A stretch of 64,000 nucleotides of DNA from Octopus vulgaris (Eukaryota). Of this stretch, positions 11,878 through 24,396 are shown in pieces; position 1 is the stretch's first letter; the number at the start of each line of letters is the position of its first letter. The stretch lies in the NCBI GenBank assembly GCA_951406725.2, contig OX597831.1, positions 7,626,001 to 7,690,000 on the forward strand, read 5' to 3'. The notes under the pieces are model-generated. The model saw nothing but the letters and a program-made list of their open reading frames with translations. It did not search any database and was not told where the DNA came from. The position numbers were made by a program, and so were the translations under genes.

Positions 11878-13412
11878 TATGTTTGACTTTGTATTTGTAC
11901 AAGTTTACTCCAAGTCTCACCCAGAGACCTCAAGAGACAAGTTAGAAGTTGGTGTTATGCCTGGGGTGTCATATATTTGGTTTTACAAAGTATTGTTTTA
12001 GAGAATGTTTAAGAAAACCTAAAATTGTAAGTTTGTTTTAAAATTTGAGACTACAAAATATTTTACATAGGATATGGGCAGTTCCCATGAGCACTATCTT
12101 TTGAATTTCTGCCATTTTGGGGTTTCCTGATATCTAAGCTAGGTAAGAATCAGCCCCTTTTGCTATCATTCCTAGGGCACCTATGACGACAGGTATTGTT
12201 TTAGTCTTGAGGCTCTACATTTTACCAATCTCTATTTTAAGGTCTTTATACTTGCTCAGTTTTTGATAGGTCTTTACAGATACATTTATGTCAATTGGGA
12301 CAGTCATATCAATGAGGACGCATGATTTTCATCTGAAGTCCTCCAACACAATGTCTGTCCTATTCGCATCTATTTTTCTGTCAGTTTAAATGGTGAAGTT
12401 CCAGAGGAGTGAGATGTGGTCATTTTCAAGTACTAGAGATGATTTGTGTTACTACCAGTTTTTATCATGGGGCAGGTCCAAGTTTTTGAAAATTACCCAG
12501 TGAATATATTGTGCTGCTCTATCATGCCTGTTGAGATCTCTGTAGACACAAGAAGACTGCACATGGAGACAACATGATCAATGGTCTCATTTTGTTGTTT
12601 ACATACACTACATGTTGGGCTACTGCCGTTCTTTAATATATTGACCTGGTAGTTCCTTGCAGATAGACAGTGATCTTGGGCCGCTATGATAAACCCTTCT
12701 GTTTCTGATTTTAAGCCAGAAGACACTAACCATTGATGGGTAAGGGCTTTGTTGACATCAGCATTATTAGCTCTCTTTTGGGTATTTGGTATTGAGAAGT
12801 TTTTCTTGCTATTTATCGGTAAGAATATCTAAGGCAGCAGTTTTAGCACAGGTTTTCATATGCTTGGCTTTTCCTGTGTTTGTTTCTGGTATATCTAATT
12901 CTGGAATTTGTTGTATTTGAAATTCACTTAGATATTCTTTTGCCTGTTTTGTTACTGAGTATGATGCTTTCTTGTTTTCGTGCTTTAAGACAAGTTTTAA
13001 CATCCAGTCATCAGTGTTTTTCAGGTAGGTGTTTAGGCCAATTGTGGCAATCTTCATTGCAAATTCCAGTTGTTATAGTCCACTCTCTTTTTGTGGCAGG
13101 TAAAGTTGTTTTATATATCTGCCTTACGGTTGTGCAATCTCTGCATTGCCAACAATTTTCGTATTTTTCTGTCAAGATTACATATTTCAGTAATCGACCA
13201 GTTAATGATACTGAAACTGTAAGTCACGACCGGTATGGCTAAAGTATTGATCGCTTCGATCCTGTTTCTTGCATTCAGCTTTGTCTTGAGTTTTGTCCTT
13301 ACCCTGCGATAACATTTTCTTCTGATCCTTTCCCTCATCACTGAATGTTTGATTCCATCACCTTTAAATACTCCTACGTATTTGTAGCTCTCCGCTGGTT
13401 CTAACTCCTTTT
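11878..13412 (-). mobile_element. R4/Dong-clade non-LTR retrotransposon, decayed 3' portion (RT end, CCHC knuckle, restriction-like endonuclease)
   Basis: Translates YKYVG..., INTLAIPVVTYSFSIINW, LKSETEGFIIAAQD, CSVCKQQNETIDHVVSMC and IDMTVP...KLSKYKDL...IPVVIGALG across frameshifts and stops. Flanked by (TAA)n on both sides. Confidence 0.85.
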
Positions 13413-15325
13413 TATTATTATTATTATTATCATCATCATCATTATTATTAAATGGTGGTGGTGGTGGTGGTGGTGGTGGTGGTAGTGGTAGTAGCAGCAG
13501 TTGTAACACTGTCATATGACAAAAAAACTGGGTCTTTGGATTTGCTTGCACTACCTTCGTGCCAGTTCCACTTATTACCATTTCTAGTTCTGCAGTGAAC
13601 TCGTTTATCTTGAGAGAGCAAAAGAGAATTTTATTGTCTTTATAATTGGATTGAATATCAAGAGATTATTGCAAACAAGAGATATCAACTATCTTAACCG
13701 AACAGCTGTAATTTATGTAGAAATGGAGAAAAGGAAAAAGCTTACGTAAGTAAGATTGTGACATATAATAGAGATGTGGAAAAACTGATTGCTTATAGTC
13801 AACCATAGGAGAAAAAAAAAAATACAAAAATATTTAAATAAGAAATGGAAAATATACAGAGATTGCAAAGTTGGAATAAGAGTCCTCAAGAAGCAAGAAT
13901 ATGGCAAGGAAGCATGGAGCTAAGCACAGAGAAATGGTTTAGAAAAAGGAAAAACGAAACACAGAAAAAGAATTTTTTTAAAAATAGTAATTGGTAAGAA
14001 ATCTTTGCTTAGAGGCTGAAGGTTAATGGTAAAGGAGAATCAAAGGTCTTCAGGAAAAGCCAAAAAGTAACTGAAAAGAAAAAACAGGAATTTTATTTTA
14101 AAGAAAAAAATAAAGTTAAATGTCATCAGAAACTGAAGATTGTATAAAGAAGTGAACACACATTGACAGTGTGTCGAATGGCTATAAAGGCAGAAGGGTC
14201 GTTTAGGGTTATAGAAATGTGGCAAAGTTCATGAATGGGAATCAATCTTTATGTCAGAAGGAGAACGGTCGTTCTAATTTACATAACAATTTACAGGACA
14301 TGGCAGGGTAAATTGATTAATTAGGGACAGGAATGGCTGTGTGGTTGAGAAGCTGACTTTCCAAACACATGGTTATGGGTTCAGTCCCACTGTATGGGAT
14401 CCTGGACCATGTCTACAACTATGGCCCCAGCCTGACCAAAGAATTATGAGTGGATTTGGTAGACAGAAACTGTAAGAAGCCTACTGTGTGTGTGTATGTG
14501 TGTGTTCATGTATACAGTGTGTGTGTATATATGTCAGTGTGAGTGCTTGTGTGTGTGTTTGTGTCTTGACATTGTGTGATAGCTGCTGTAAATGAGGGCC
14601 ACTGTCATACAAGCAGTGATATTTCTTTCCAATATTCTGTGAAAACATGTCTGATTAATATGGGGAAATATTTGTTTAGAAACATATGAGGGTTAGTGAC
14701 AGGAAAGGCATCTGACCACAGAAAATCTGTCTCATGCAAGCATAGTAAAGATGACATTAAAACGATGATGATGATGATGATGATGATGACAATGATAACG
14801 ATGAGTAAATGGCATATTACAGAGGTTTTTTTTGTTTCACAACAGAGGTTTTTTGTTGTTTCTTTGTTTCACAGAGGCCTTTTGTTTTTATTTTGTTTCA
14901 GAGTTTTTTTTTTGGTTCACAAAGGTTTTTTGTTTTTGTTTCGGTTAATTTGAAATGTGAAGTAAATCTTTATTAAAGAATCTAACCTCACAGTATGGTT
15001 AAATTCCAAATTTTCTAAAAAGTTTACCTTATGTTTAAAACTTTGGTCAAAAAAATTCCTTTCCTCAAAGTCAAAGAGTCTTTGCTGAAGCATCAGATTT
15101 TTCCTCTGCTTCCTGGCAGACAAATTTATCCAAACTATTGAACTTTCTGCATAATTGTTGCCGACACAGTCCTCCAACGCCCTCCTTCACACTGGTTTCC
15201 TTAGATTGCATTTTTTATATTGTATCTTTAAATATAAACCAATGTAACTTAATCATAATTAATGCTAAATTAATCAGAGCACCACTCCTTCAGATGATGT
15301 TGATAGTGTTGCTGCTGTTGTTGTT

Positions 15326-15577
15326 GTTGAGCGGAGCGGTCTTCGTCCCACTGTAGTGGGAGAAGTCCGAAACGTGGTCCTTTGCTCAGCGGTTGCGTAG
15401 GAAGTCAGGGACAAGAAACAGGAAGAAAGAGTGAGAGAAAGCTGGAGCAAAAGAGTACAACAGGGGTCGCCACCCCACCCCCCTGCTGGAGCCTCATGGT
15501 GCTTTAGGTGTTTTCGCTCAATAAACACACACAACGGCCAGTCCACTGCCCTAACCATTGGGCCATTGCGCCTCCAC
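15326..15577 (-). mobile_element. tRNA-derived SINE (head H1 with internal deletion, tail T2)
   Basis: Head gtggaggcgcaatggcccaatggttagggcag and core shared with 29380-29770 and 61634-61970. (CAA)n tail. Confidence 0.75.
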
Positions 15578-17274
15578 TGGTTGTGGTGGTGGCAGTGGCA
15601 CTGTTGAACTCTGCAACTGACAGAGAATGGTTTTGCTTAAAGATTATTTTTGTTTTTCAAATTATGTATTTGAATCCTTTTGTGACCATATTCTTAAAAT
15701 TAAAGACATTGTCATTGTAATTCAATTAATTTTGAAAACCAATCCAAAATTGGAAATAAATTCAATAATTAAATCATTTTTACCTAATTAATCTGGTGGT
15801 TTTATCTTTTATCTTGTTTGTTTCAGTTGTTGGACTGAGGCCATGCTGGAGCACCACATTCAAGGTTTCACTGAATCAAATCATCCCCAGTTCTTGTTTT
15901 CTAAAGTCTGGTACTTATTTTGTTGATCTCATTTGTCAAACCACTAAGTTATGGAGACATAAACAAACCAACACCAGCTGTCAAGCAGCGGTGGGGGATA
16001 TAAACACACACAAGACAGAAGGCTTCCACACAGTTTCCATCTACCAAATTCACTGACAAGATATGTTTGGAACATAACTTTCTCCAAAATTTTCATGACG
16101 AAACATTTCAACCCTTTAACACAAACCGTTTCTTCCACAGAATCAAAAGCAGTCTCAAATGTAATGGCATCAAAAGGGTTAAGGAAATTCAGCTTTGTAT
16201 GGGGCCCATCTTGCACCGAGTTTCCCCTAAGATGGGAGAAATTCAAATGAAACCTTGCCAACTAACGAAATACAGCTCCATCATGCAGTGCTCCAGCATG
16301 GCGCTTATCTACAGCCGAAAGACTGGGCCAACAGCAGTTAATAACAGAGGGGGAGTGCTAAGCAGTGGCAAATAGAATTGTCATGTTATTATCAATCCAA
16401 ATATGCCTGAGACACAGAAAAAATATTTCGCTTGTTGACAAACGGTGTGTATACACCTAGATCAGTTCACAGCGCCACCTACCCAGACTGTGAGATGGAA
16501 GCATTTCAGAGTGGTTATCTCCTCTTTGGCCTATGTAGGTGGTGCTACGAGCTGACATATTTTTCATGACAGAACGCAGTGAGTAGCTTGTTCACCGGTT
16601 CAAACGTGCCTAAAGCATATATAGATTGATAACAACATTACAACATTGAATCGTCTCTCCAGCACAAGACAAAAGAAAGAACACAAACCGTCAACTCATT
16701 AACCAAATGTTGCCAACACACTATCATCAACTCAGCTCAACTGGTTTAAGCAATATTGCAATTGATTGAAATTTTCAATAAATGTTTCTTAATGAATATA
16801 ATTAGGAGTCTCTATAAATATTTATTAATTAAGTACGAGTCTCTACAAATGTTTAATAAATCAGACAAAGAATTCTATCGATGCTTAGTAATTAAAATTA
16901 GGTTCTTTGTCAATGCTTAACATTTAAAAGAAATCTCTTGAGAATTTCCAGGAAGTTATTTGAAGTAATCAGTCGTAAGTGGTTTGATTTGCCACTTAAC
17001 TCCGCCCTCATTAATAGCTATATTAATTACACCATCAGCACTGGCAATTATATATAATTTACATAGATATTTACATTATGGAAACTGTCTAAATGCCATT
17101 TATTAAATCTATAGAATTCAAATTTTAGAATGAAGTTGACAGAACAAAACATTTAATCCGTATGGCATTTCTGGTTACCATTTGTCTCTGAGTAATTCAA
17201 GGTGAACATTAACTTCGTTAGTCGGATATGTAATTAAGCACTCACCCTCACTCATATCAAGGGAGCCTCTACAT

Positions 17275-17475
17275 CAGTGGTTTTCAACCAGGGTTCCGCC
17301 AGTACAGTTCAGGGTTTACGCAAGAAGTTACAAAACTGCTAAAATCGGCAGTAATTTTTAAGTCTCCTGTGCAGATATGTGTGCATAAGACTATTAAATT
17401 ATTGCACAGGGGTTCCTCGAGCCAGTGGAATGTTTCCTTGGGGTTCCGCTCCAGCAAAAAGTTTGAAAAGCACTG
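17275..17475. mobile_element. hAT-superfamily MITE, 201 bp
   Basis: TIRs cagtggttttcaacc and gtttgaaaagcactg. Exact 8-bp TSD ctctacat at 17267-17274 and 17476-17483. Confidence 0.92.
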
Positions 17476-17675
17476 CTCTACATAGTTGCTTGACTTTAGG
17501 AAATAACAACCAAATCAGTTACAAATCACACCTATCACTGATGTAACATTTCAAAAGATGGGATGGTCATGGCTGGAATGCCTTATCTTGGAGCATGCTG
17601 TCCTTAACAATTGTGACTAAGTCAGGCAGTCACCATTTTAAGCTCTAGAAATTAAAAGTCTGACTACCATTTTAA

Positions 17676-17885
17676 CCCTTTTGTAACCAAGCCAACTTGA
17701 GGCCACCCCTGCTTCCCTCATATAAAACTCCCTGATTTAATGTTGTTTAAATAAAAACCTCTGAAATTTTATGTTCCAGACACCAACTTAATAATGACAA
17801 AGCTGTTTTAGTAAATTCCTCATTATTTTCAAAAGTAATTGCAACAAAATTAATGTATTTCAACAGGAATTTGGTAACACAAGGG
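17676..17885. mobile_element. piggyBac-type MITE
   Basis: Structure TTAA|cccttttgtaacc ... ggtaacacaaggg|TTAA. Confidence 0.75.
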
Positions 17886-19549
17886 TTAAAACGGTTGGAA
17901 TTTGTTTAGGAAGATTTCTGCTGCTATATTGAATAGGTCACCACCAGACAACAAAGCAGTTTCTTGGGATGATCATTGGATGACCAGAACTGTTTTTTGA
18001 GCAGCATCTAGATAAACACCATTTTTATATTCCAAAATTTCAGAAAATTTAATATATATGACTGTCAGTAAGACGGCGAACTGGCAGAAGTGTTGCAGTG
18101 CCAGGAGAATGCTCAGTGGCATTTCTTCTGACTTTATGTTCTGAGTTCAAATGCTGCCAGGGTCGACTTTGCCTTTCCCCCTTTAAGGGTCAACAAAACA
18201 AGTAGTGCTAGTTGAACACTGGGGTTCTTGTAATCAACCTTACTCCCTTCCGCCAAATCACTGGCCTTGTGCCAAAACTTGAAACCAATATAAAGATGAC
18301 TGTCAGCAATTACCATCATTATTGCTTAAGCATCCACTTTCCCATGTTTGCAAGGGTCAGATGGACTTTGTTAGGCAGATTTCCCATGGTCAGCTGCCCA
18401 TCTGGTCACCAGCTCTCACCTATTTCCAAACAAGGTAATATTTCCCTATGGCCTGATATGTTTTTCACATCCCTTTACAACCCTCAAGCCATGTCAAAAC
18501 TAGGGTAACCCCAACATATGACATCGTTGTCATCATCATCATCATTTAATGTCCCCTAGCAAAGCCAGAAAACCACATCAAGCTCTACTGTCTGTTTTGG
18601 CAGGGTTTCTATGGCTGGATGCCCTTCCTAACACCAATCAATTTACAGAGTGTACTGGGTGCTTTTTATGTGGCACCAGCACCAGCAGGGGTCACCAAAT
18701 AACTCAGGGGACAAGAGCCCACAACTGATAGGGGGGGAGTTGTATTGAGGGAGGTGGGTTTGTGCCAGACGATGAGAGATCAAAGCATGAATAGGAAGGA
18801 GAGAAACGAGTGTCTTGTAGTAGAAGGGATCCATGGCTCCCTCGGTTGTGGGTAGGGTGGGGGGGGGGAGATGAGACGACGAAAATGTAACGGGGTTTAA
18901 CACCCTAGTTAAGGGGAAAGGGTATATAGTGAAGTGGATGAGGGACTGGATAGGGTGAGATTGTGAAAGGAAAGTGGAAGCACAGGGGGGGGGGGGGGCA
19001 TGTTGCGGGGGGAAGAGATTTGAAAGGGTCATATTGTGTGCAGGTAGGTTCACAAGGGAAAGTGGGAGATAGAAGGGAAGGGAATACAGCAGATGGTGAG
19101 CATGGGTGGTGGAAGAGGAGAGAAGGTGTTGAGAAGATGGATTACGGGGGAAGAAGTTTGTCAGGGATAGATTGGGGGGAGGGGGCTTGGACATAAAGGA
19201 CATACCTTTTTGGCCTCGATTTTACTTAGTTGAACAGGTCTTCTCAATCACAATAAATCACTAAAATTTGTCTCAGTCCTTTGTCACTTTCTTTGTGAAG
19301 CTCAACACTTGAAAATCATTTTACACCACATCAAAGACACACACACAACAAACCTCTTTCAGTTTCTGTCAGTCAAATCCACTCACAAGGCTTTGGTCAT
19401 CTCCAGGACTATAATAGAAGACATTTGTCCAAGGTGTTACACTGTGAGGACTGAACCTGAAACCATGTGGTTGAAAAACAAGTTTCTTAACACACAGCCA
19501 TGCCTACATCATAGTTTTACAGAAACATACTTAGCTGGGAAATACTTAC

Positions 19550-19648
19550 GAGGTTGCTGTCATTTGTAAATTTGGTGATGGGAGACGTAGAAAGGTCATC
19601 GCAAATGTTGAAAACAATAATGTAAACAGCTCGTGAAGATAAAAACAC
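19550..19648 (-). CDS. Coding exon 6: ROC strand after switch II
   Basis: Acceptor gtttcctttcag, donor GTAAGT, 99 nt, phase 0. Reads VFLSSRAVYIIVFNICDDLSTSPITKFTNDSNL, matching the Roco pattern xFLSxRAxYxxVFx. Confidence 0.93.
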
Positions 19649-20243
19649 CTGAAAGGAAACATTTAACGAAATTTCAGAAAAGGATATTTAACAACTGATT
19701 GTTTAATGAAATATGAATGACACTCGTGGCCTAGTGGTTAGGATGTTGCACTCGCAATCACCAAGTCATGGGTTCAATTCCAGGACTGGACAGTGTGTTG
19801 TGTTCTTGAACAAAATACTTCATTTTACATTACTCTAGTGTTGTGTGGGGACCAGCATGTCAAAGAATAGACCCCAAAGTTTCTTCTGCATGTCAAAAGA
19901 AGGCGACTAAAAAAGAAGATGCAGCAGTGGGCTCTAACACTTCTGCCAACTCACCACCATCATAATAATAATAATAACAACCCTTTCTATTAAAGCCACA
20001 AGGCCTGAAATTTTGTGGGAGGGTCTAGTTGATTGCATCGACCCCCCAATGTTTCACTGGTACTTGATTTATCAAACCTTAATGATGAAAGTCAAAGTTG
20101 ACCATGGCAGAATTTGAACTCAGAATGTAAAGACGGATAAAATGCTAATAATAATGATGATAATAATAATAATAATGATGATAATAATAATAATAATAAT
20201 GATAATAATAATGATAATAATGATGATAATAATAATAATAATA

Positions 20244-20799
20244 AATGCCTGATGCAGTACCAGGCAGTGGCTCTTGTGGCTTTTGATCTTCACTGATTGG
20301 AAGTGGTATCAGGTACATTGTTTTGTTTTGGTATAAAAGATGGGCTACAGCAAATATTCTGCTCAATTCCACAGATTTGCTTGCCAGTTGTTTGACCTTA
20401 ACCAGTTGAGCATGTCCCTTAGTGGCTGACGATATGTTCATCTCTGATCACGAGCAGAAGTAGTGGGGGAGCATCATAGCCATGTCTTGAGAGGGATTCT
20501 TTGGGGTTTGAATAATTCACCTCTGGAAACATGGGTGTTTCGTTCAACATCTTTAAACAACCCTTATTCAGGGACCTTTTGAGCGGGATGGGTTACTAGA
20601 CCAGAAGAAAATTCTAACTAGGCCTCACCTGGAAGGTCATGTGCTGTCTATCCTGATATGAGATCACCATGTCGCGCACATATGGTTGTGATGCATGTGC
20701 CTCGTGTACCCTTATCAGACGGGTAGTCATGATGGGTATACTGGGCTTCGTATATTTTACCCCAGTGTCACTTTGATAGCATGCACTACTCTCTCACTC

Positions 20800-20800
<1 letters not shown>
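20244..20800. mobile_element. About 555-bp non-coding interspersed element embedded in (TAA)n, copy 1
   Basis: Flanked on both sides by (TAA/TGA)n. It is an inverted, highly similar copy of 28348-28904. Confidence 0.9.
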
Positions 20801-20852
<52 letters not shown>

Positions 20853-21075
20853 GAATAATAACAGTTTCCAGTTTTGGCACTAGGTCAGCAACTTCAGGGT
20901 TGAGGCTAAGTCAATTACACTGACTCCAGTATTCAACCGGTACTTATTTTATCAAACCCCAAAAGGATGAAAGGCAACGTCAATCCCAGTGGAATTTGAA
21001 CTCAAAATGTTAAGACAAATGAAATGCTGCCAAACATTTTGCCCCAGCATGCTAACAATTCTGTCAGCTCACCAC

Positions 21076-21090
21076 AATAATAATAATAAC

Positions 21091-21134
<44 letters not shown>

Positions 21135-21206
21135 TGGTGGTGGTAGTAGTAGTGGTAGTGGTGGTGGTGGTGGTGGTGGTGGTGGTGGTGGTAGTAGTAG
21201 TAGTAA

Positions 21207-21243
<37 letters not shown>
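21076..21243. repeat. (AAT)n(GGT)n(AGT)n compound microsatellite
   Basis: Directly visible. Starts about 10 nt from the exon 5 donor. Confidence 0.97.
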
Positions 21244-21244
<1 letters not shown>

Positions 21245-21255
21245 AAACTTCCTAC

Positions 21256-21540
21256 CTGATGTGTGGTATAATAGACAGCCTGACCAGCAAAGTCCCAAAT
21301 ATCCAAAGTTACTTCTTGTTGAGGAATCTCCATGCTGCTTTCAAATGTTTTCTCACATTGGTTCTCAGCAAGCCATTTTTCCGGAGACTGAAGTTCTAGC
21401 ATTGCTTGTAATTTCTCTATGGCATCGGCCTGTATACCTTTCAGTAACTGCTGTGGCACTTGTGTGACGGCACCAGGAGACACTTTACTACCAGTGCTAC
21501 ACCCTAGCATGGTGCTGTATGATCGGTTTTCTTTTTCTGT
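21256..21540 (-). CDS. Coding exon 5: end of the insert and ROC G3 (WDFAGQ)
   Basis: Acceptor tttttatttccccacag, donor CAG|GTAGGA, 285 nt, phase 0 to 0. Reads TEKENRSYSTMLG...EVTLDIWDFAGQAVYYTTHQ, the Roco G3 signature WDFAGQxxYYxTHQ. Confidence 0.95.
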
Positions 21541-21872
21541 CTGTGGGGAAATAAAAATTAAAAAATTTCATATAGACATAGCAAATTATTCTGGTGGTGC
21601 TCCAGAATGGCTACAGCCTTCAGGTAGAAATGTATAACAAGATAAAAATCTCATAAAAGCAATGCAAGAGTCTCTGCAGTGCTGCTTGACCTGCTAGAAA
21701 TAGTAGCCAAATCTTACTCAAATCATACCTCATCACCAGCATCGTCAGTTTAATGTCCACTTTCTATGTTCACATAGGTTGAATGGGATATATTGAGGTG
21801 TTTCCAAGCAAGGTAATATTTCCCCTGCGACCTAGTTATTCATGGAAGGTTGGAATTGAAAATGTGTCACAG

Positions 21873-22095
21873 TGGCAGAATCGTTAGCACGGCAGGCGAA
21901 ATGCTTAGTGGTATTTCGCCTGCCATTACGTTCTGAATTCACATTCTGCCAAGGTCGACTTTGTCTTTCATCCTTTCAGGGTCGATTAAATAAGTACCAG
22001 TTATGCACTGGGGTCGATGTAATTGACTTAATCCCTTTGCCTGTCCTTGTTTGTCCCCTCTGCGTTTAGCCCCCTGTGGGCAATAAAGAAATAGA
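21873..22095 (+). mobile_element. Family A SINE (Deu/Nin-type core)
   Basis: Homologous to 31250-31489. Confidence 0.85.
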
Positions 22096-22195
22096 TATTC
22101 ATTCATGAATATGTGCATAAAATCAAGGCAATGAAACAGAAACACACACACTCATATATATATAATTTATATCTAAATAGATAGATAGATACATA

Positions 22196-22230
<35 letters not shown>

Positions 22231-22235
22231 ATTTA

Positions 22236-22527
22236 CAGAATGGCCCAAAATTTAAGAAACCCCTCTCTCTCTCTTTCGGAGAGGCACTGAGCAGCTATAC
22301 GCACACATACACACACGGCAGTAACTTCCACCTACCGAATTCAATCACAAAGCTCCGGTCGGCTCGGGGCTATAGTGGAAGACACCTACCCAAAGTGCCA
22401 CGCAGTGGGACTGAACCCGAAACCATGTAGCTAGGAAGCAAGCTCCCTAACCACACAGCCATGCCCGCGCCTACCATTTAATATATTTGTATGCATTAAA
22501 TGGGAGAACAAATTTTGGGCCACCCTG
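22236..22527. mobile_element. Tc1/mariner-type MITE with a nested SINE
   Basis: TIRs cagaatggcccaaaattt and aaattttgggccaccctg, preceded by TA. A SINE lies at about 22310-22472 on the minus strand. Confidence 0.65.
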
Positions 22528-23059
22528 TGTGTGTGTGTGTATATATATATAAATATATATATATTCTTTCATTTGTTTCAGTCATTTAACTGCGGCCATG
22601 CTGGAGCACTGCCTTTAGTCAAAGAAACCGACCCCAGCACTTATTCTTTGTAAGCTTAGTATTTATTCTATCGGTCTCTTTTGCCAAACCGCTAAGTTAC
22701 AGGGGCATAAACACACCAGCATTGGTTGTCAAGTGATGGTGGGGGCACAAACACAGACACACACACACGCACATATATATACAAAAGCTTCTTTCGGTTT
22801 CCATCTACCAATTCCACTCACAAGGCTCTGGTCGGCCCGAGGCTATAGTAGAAGACACTTGCCCAAGGTGCCATGCAGTAGGACTTGCCCAAGGTGCCAT
22901 GCAGTAGAACCATGTGGTTGGTAAGCAAGTTACTTACCAAAGGAAGGTTAACTGGGAAAATAGGTTTTGTGTGTGGAAGGTGCACAGGTACAATAAACAC
23001 CAAAAATTAACAGAAAATAAACCCCGTCAACTGCCAGGGAGGTAAGGTAGAGGTAGCAG

Positions 23060-24016
23060 ATGGCTCTAGGTGACCGATTTAGTGGCAGGGGTGGATGCTC
23101 CGAGTACGTAGCTGCAAGAATAGGAATAAGCTGGGAAAAGTTCAGAGAACTCCTACTTCTGCTGGCAACAAAGGGCCTCTCCCTCAGAGTGAAAGGCAGA
23201 CTGTATGATGCTTCTGTGCAAACAACTACACTACACGGCAGTGAAACATGGGCTGTGATGGCCAAGGACATGCGTAGGCTTGAAAGAAATGAAGCCAGCA
23301 TGCTTTGCTGGATGTGCAATGTCAGTGGGCATGTTTGACAGAGTGTAAGAATCTTGAGAGAAAAGCTGTGCAAGAGAGACAACTGTGCTGGTACGGTCAT
23401 GTGGTGCATATGGACAAGGACAGCTGTGAAAAGAAGTGCCGATATCTGTGGAGAGAACCTGTGGTAGAGGTAGACCCAGGAAGACATGGGACAAGGTGGT
23501 GAAGCATGACCTTCAAACTTTGGGCCTCATGGAGACATTGACTAGTGACTGAGACCTTTGGCAATATGCTGTACTTGAGAAAATCCATCAAGTCAATTGA
23601 AATCGTAACCAAGACCTTTGGCGATATGCTGTACTTGAGAAGACTTGTGAAGCCAATTGAAATCGTAGTCATAGCTGACCCTTGTAACTGGTACTTGAGC
23701 CAGTGGCATATAAAAAGCACCTTTCATGTGTTGGGCCTCACGGAGGCAATGACAAACGACCGAGACCTTTGGTATTATGCTGTGCTTGAGAAGAAGACCC
23801 ATCAAGCCAAGTGAAGTTCTAGTCACAGCAGATACTGGTGTCATGCAAATGGCACCTGTGCTGGTGGCACATAAAAGCATCCATTAAACCCTTGGAGTCA
23901 TTGGCATTAGGAAGGGCACCCAGCTGTAGAAACCATGCCAGCTTGCCAGCCCTGGTCAAACTGTCAAACCCATGCCAGAATGGACAATGGACACTAAATG
24001 ATGATGATGATGATGT
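23060..24016 (+). mobile_element. RTE-clade LINE 3' fragment (decayed ORF2 C-terminus and 3' UTR)
   Basis: Translates ARIGISWEKFREL...KGRLYDASVQTTTLHGSETWA...RRLERNEASMLCWMCNV...LCWYGHV. Contains internal tandem duplications and a (GAT)n tail. Confidence 0.85.
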
Positions 24017-24396
24017 TTTAAATGGACATCAGAATTCTTCTCAGCAGCAGTCGTTTCAGTATCAACACATGAACTCAGACCAAATCATTTGCCAACAAAC
24101 AAGTGCAACTATGAAGCAAACTGGTTTTGACTGGTAATTAATGCCAGGCAACACTTGGGACTAATCCCTTGTTTGACAGCCCAAATCACTCTAATGTATA
24201 ATTAATATAATTTAAAACTAAAATAACAAAAATAATACAGGTATAGCCCGTGTCAGTTAAAGAGTTTAATAAGATGTTAGCCAAGTCAGTGAATTTGAAG
24301 TGACAAAAAATAGTGGTGTGAAGATGAGCCAGAGGCTGGCTGGATGTAACAGAATTTTTATGGAATTCCTCTGGACAGACTTTCATATTATTGAAA

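Noticed and set aside
14917-15230. Coding-looking unique sequence and an 86-aa ORF in intron 6
   Set aside because: No phase-0 open exon with valid splice sites and no recognisable domain.
18643-19203. 186-aa Pro/Ser/Leu-rich ORF and G-rich tract
   Set aside because: Low-complexity purine tract inside an RTE 3' fragment. G-quadruplex potential only.
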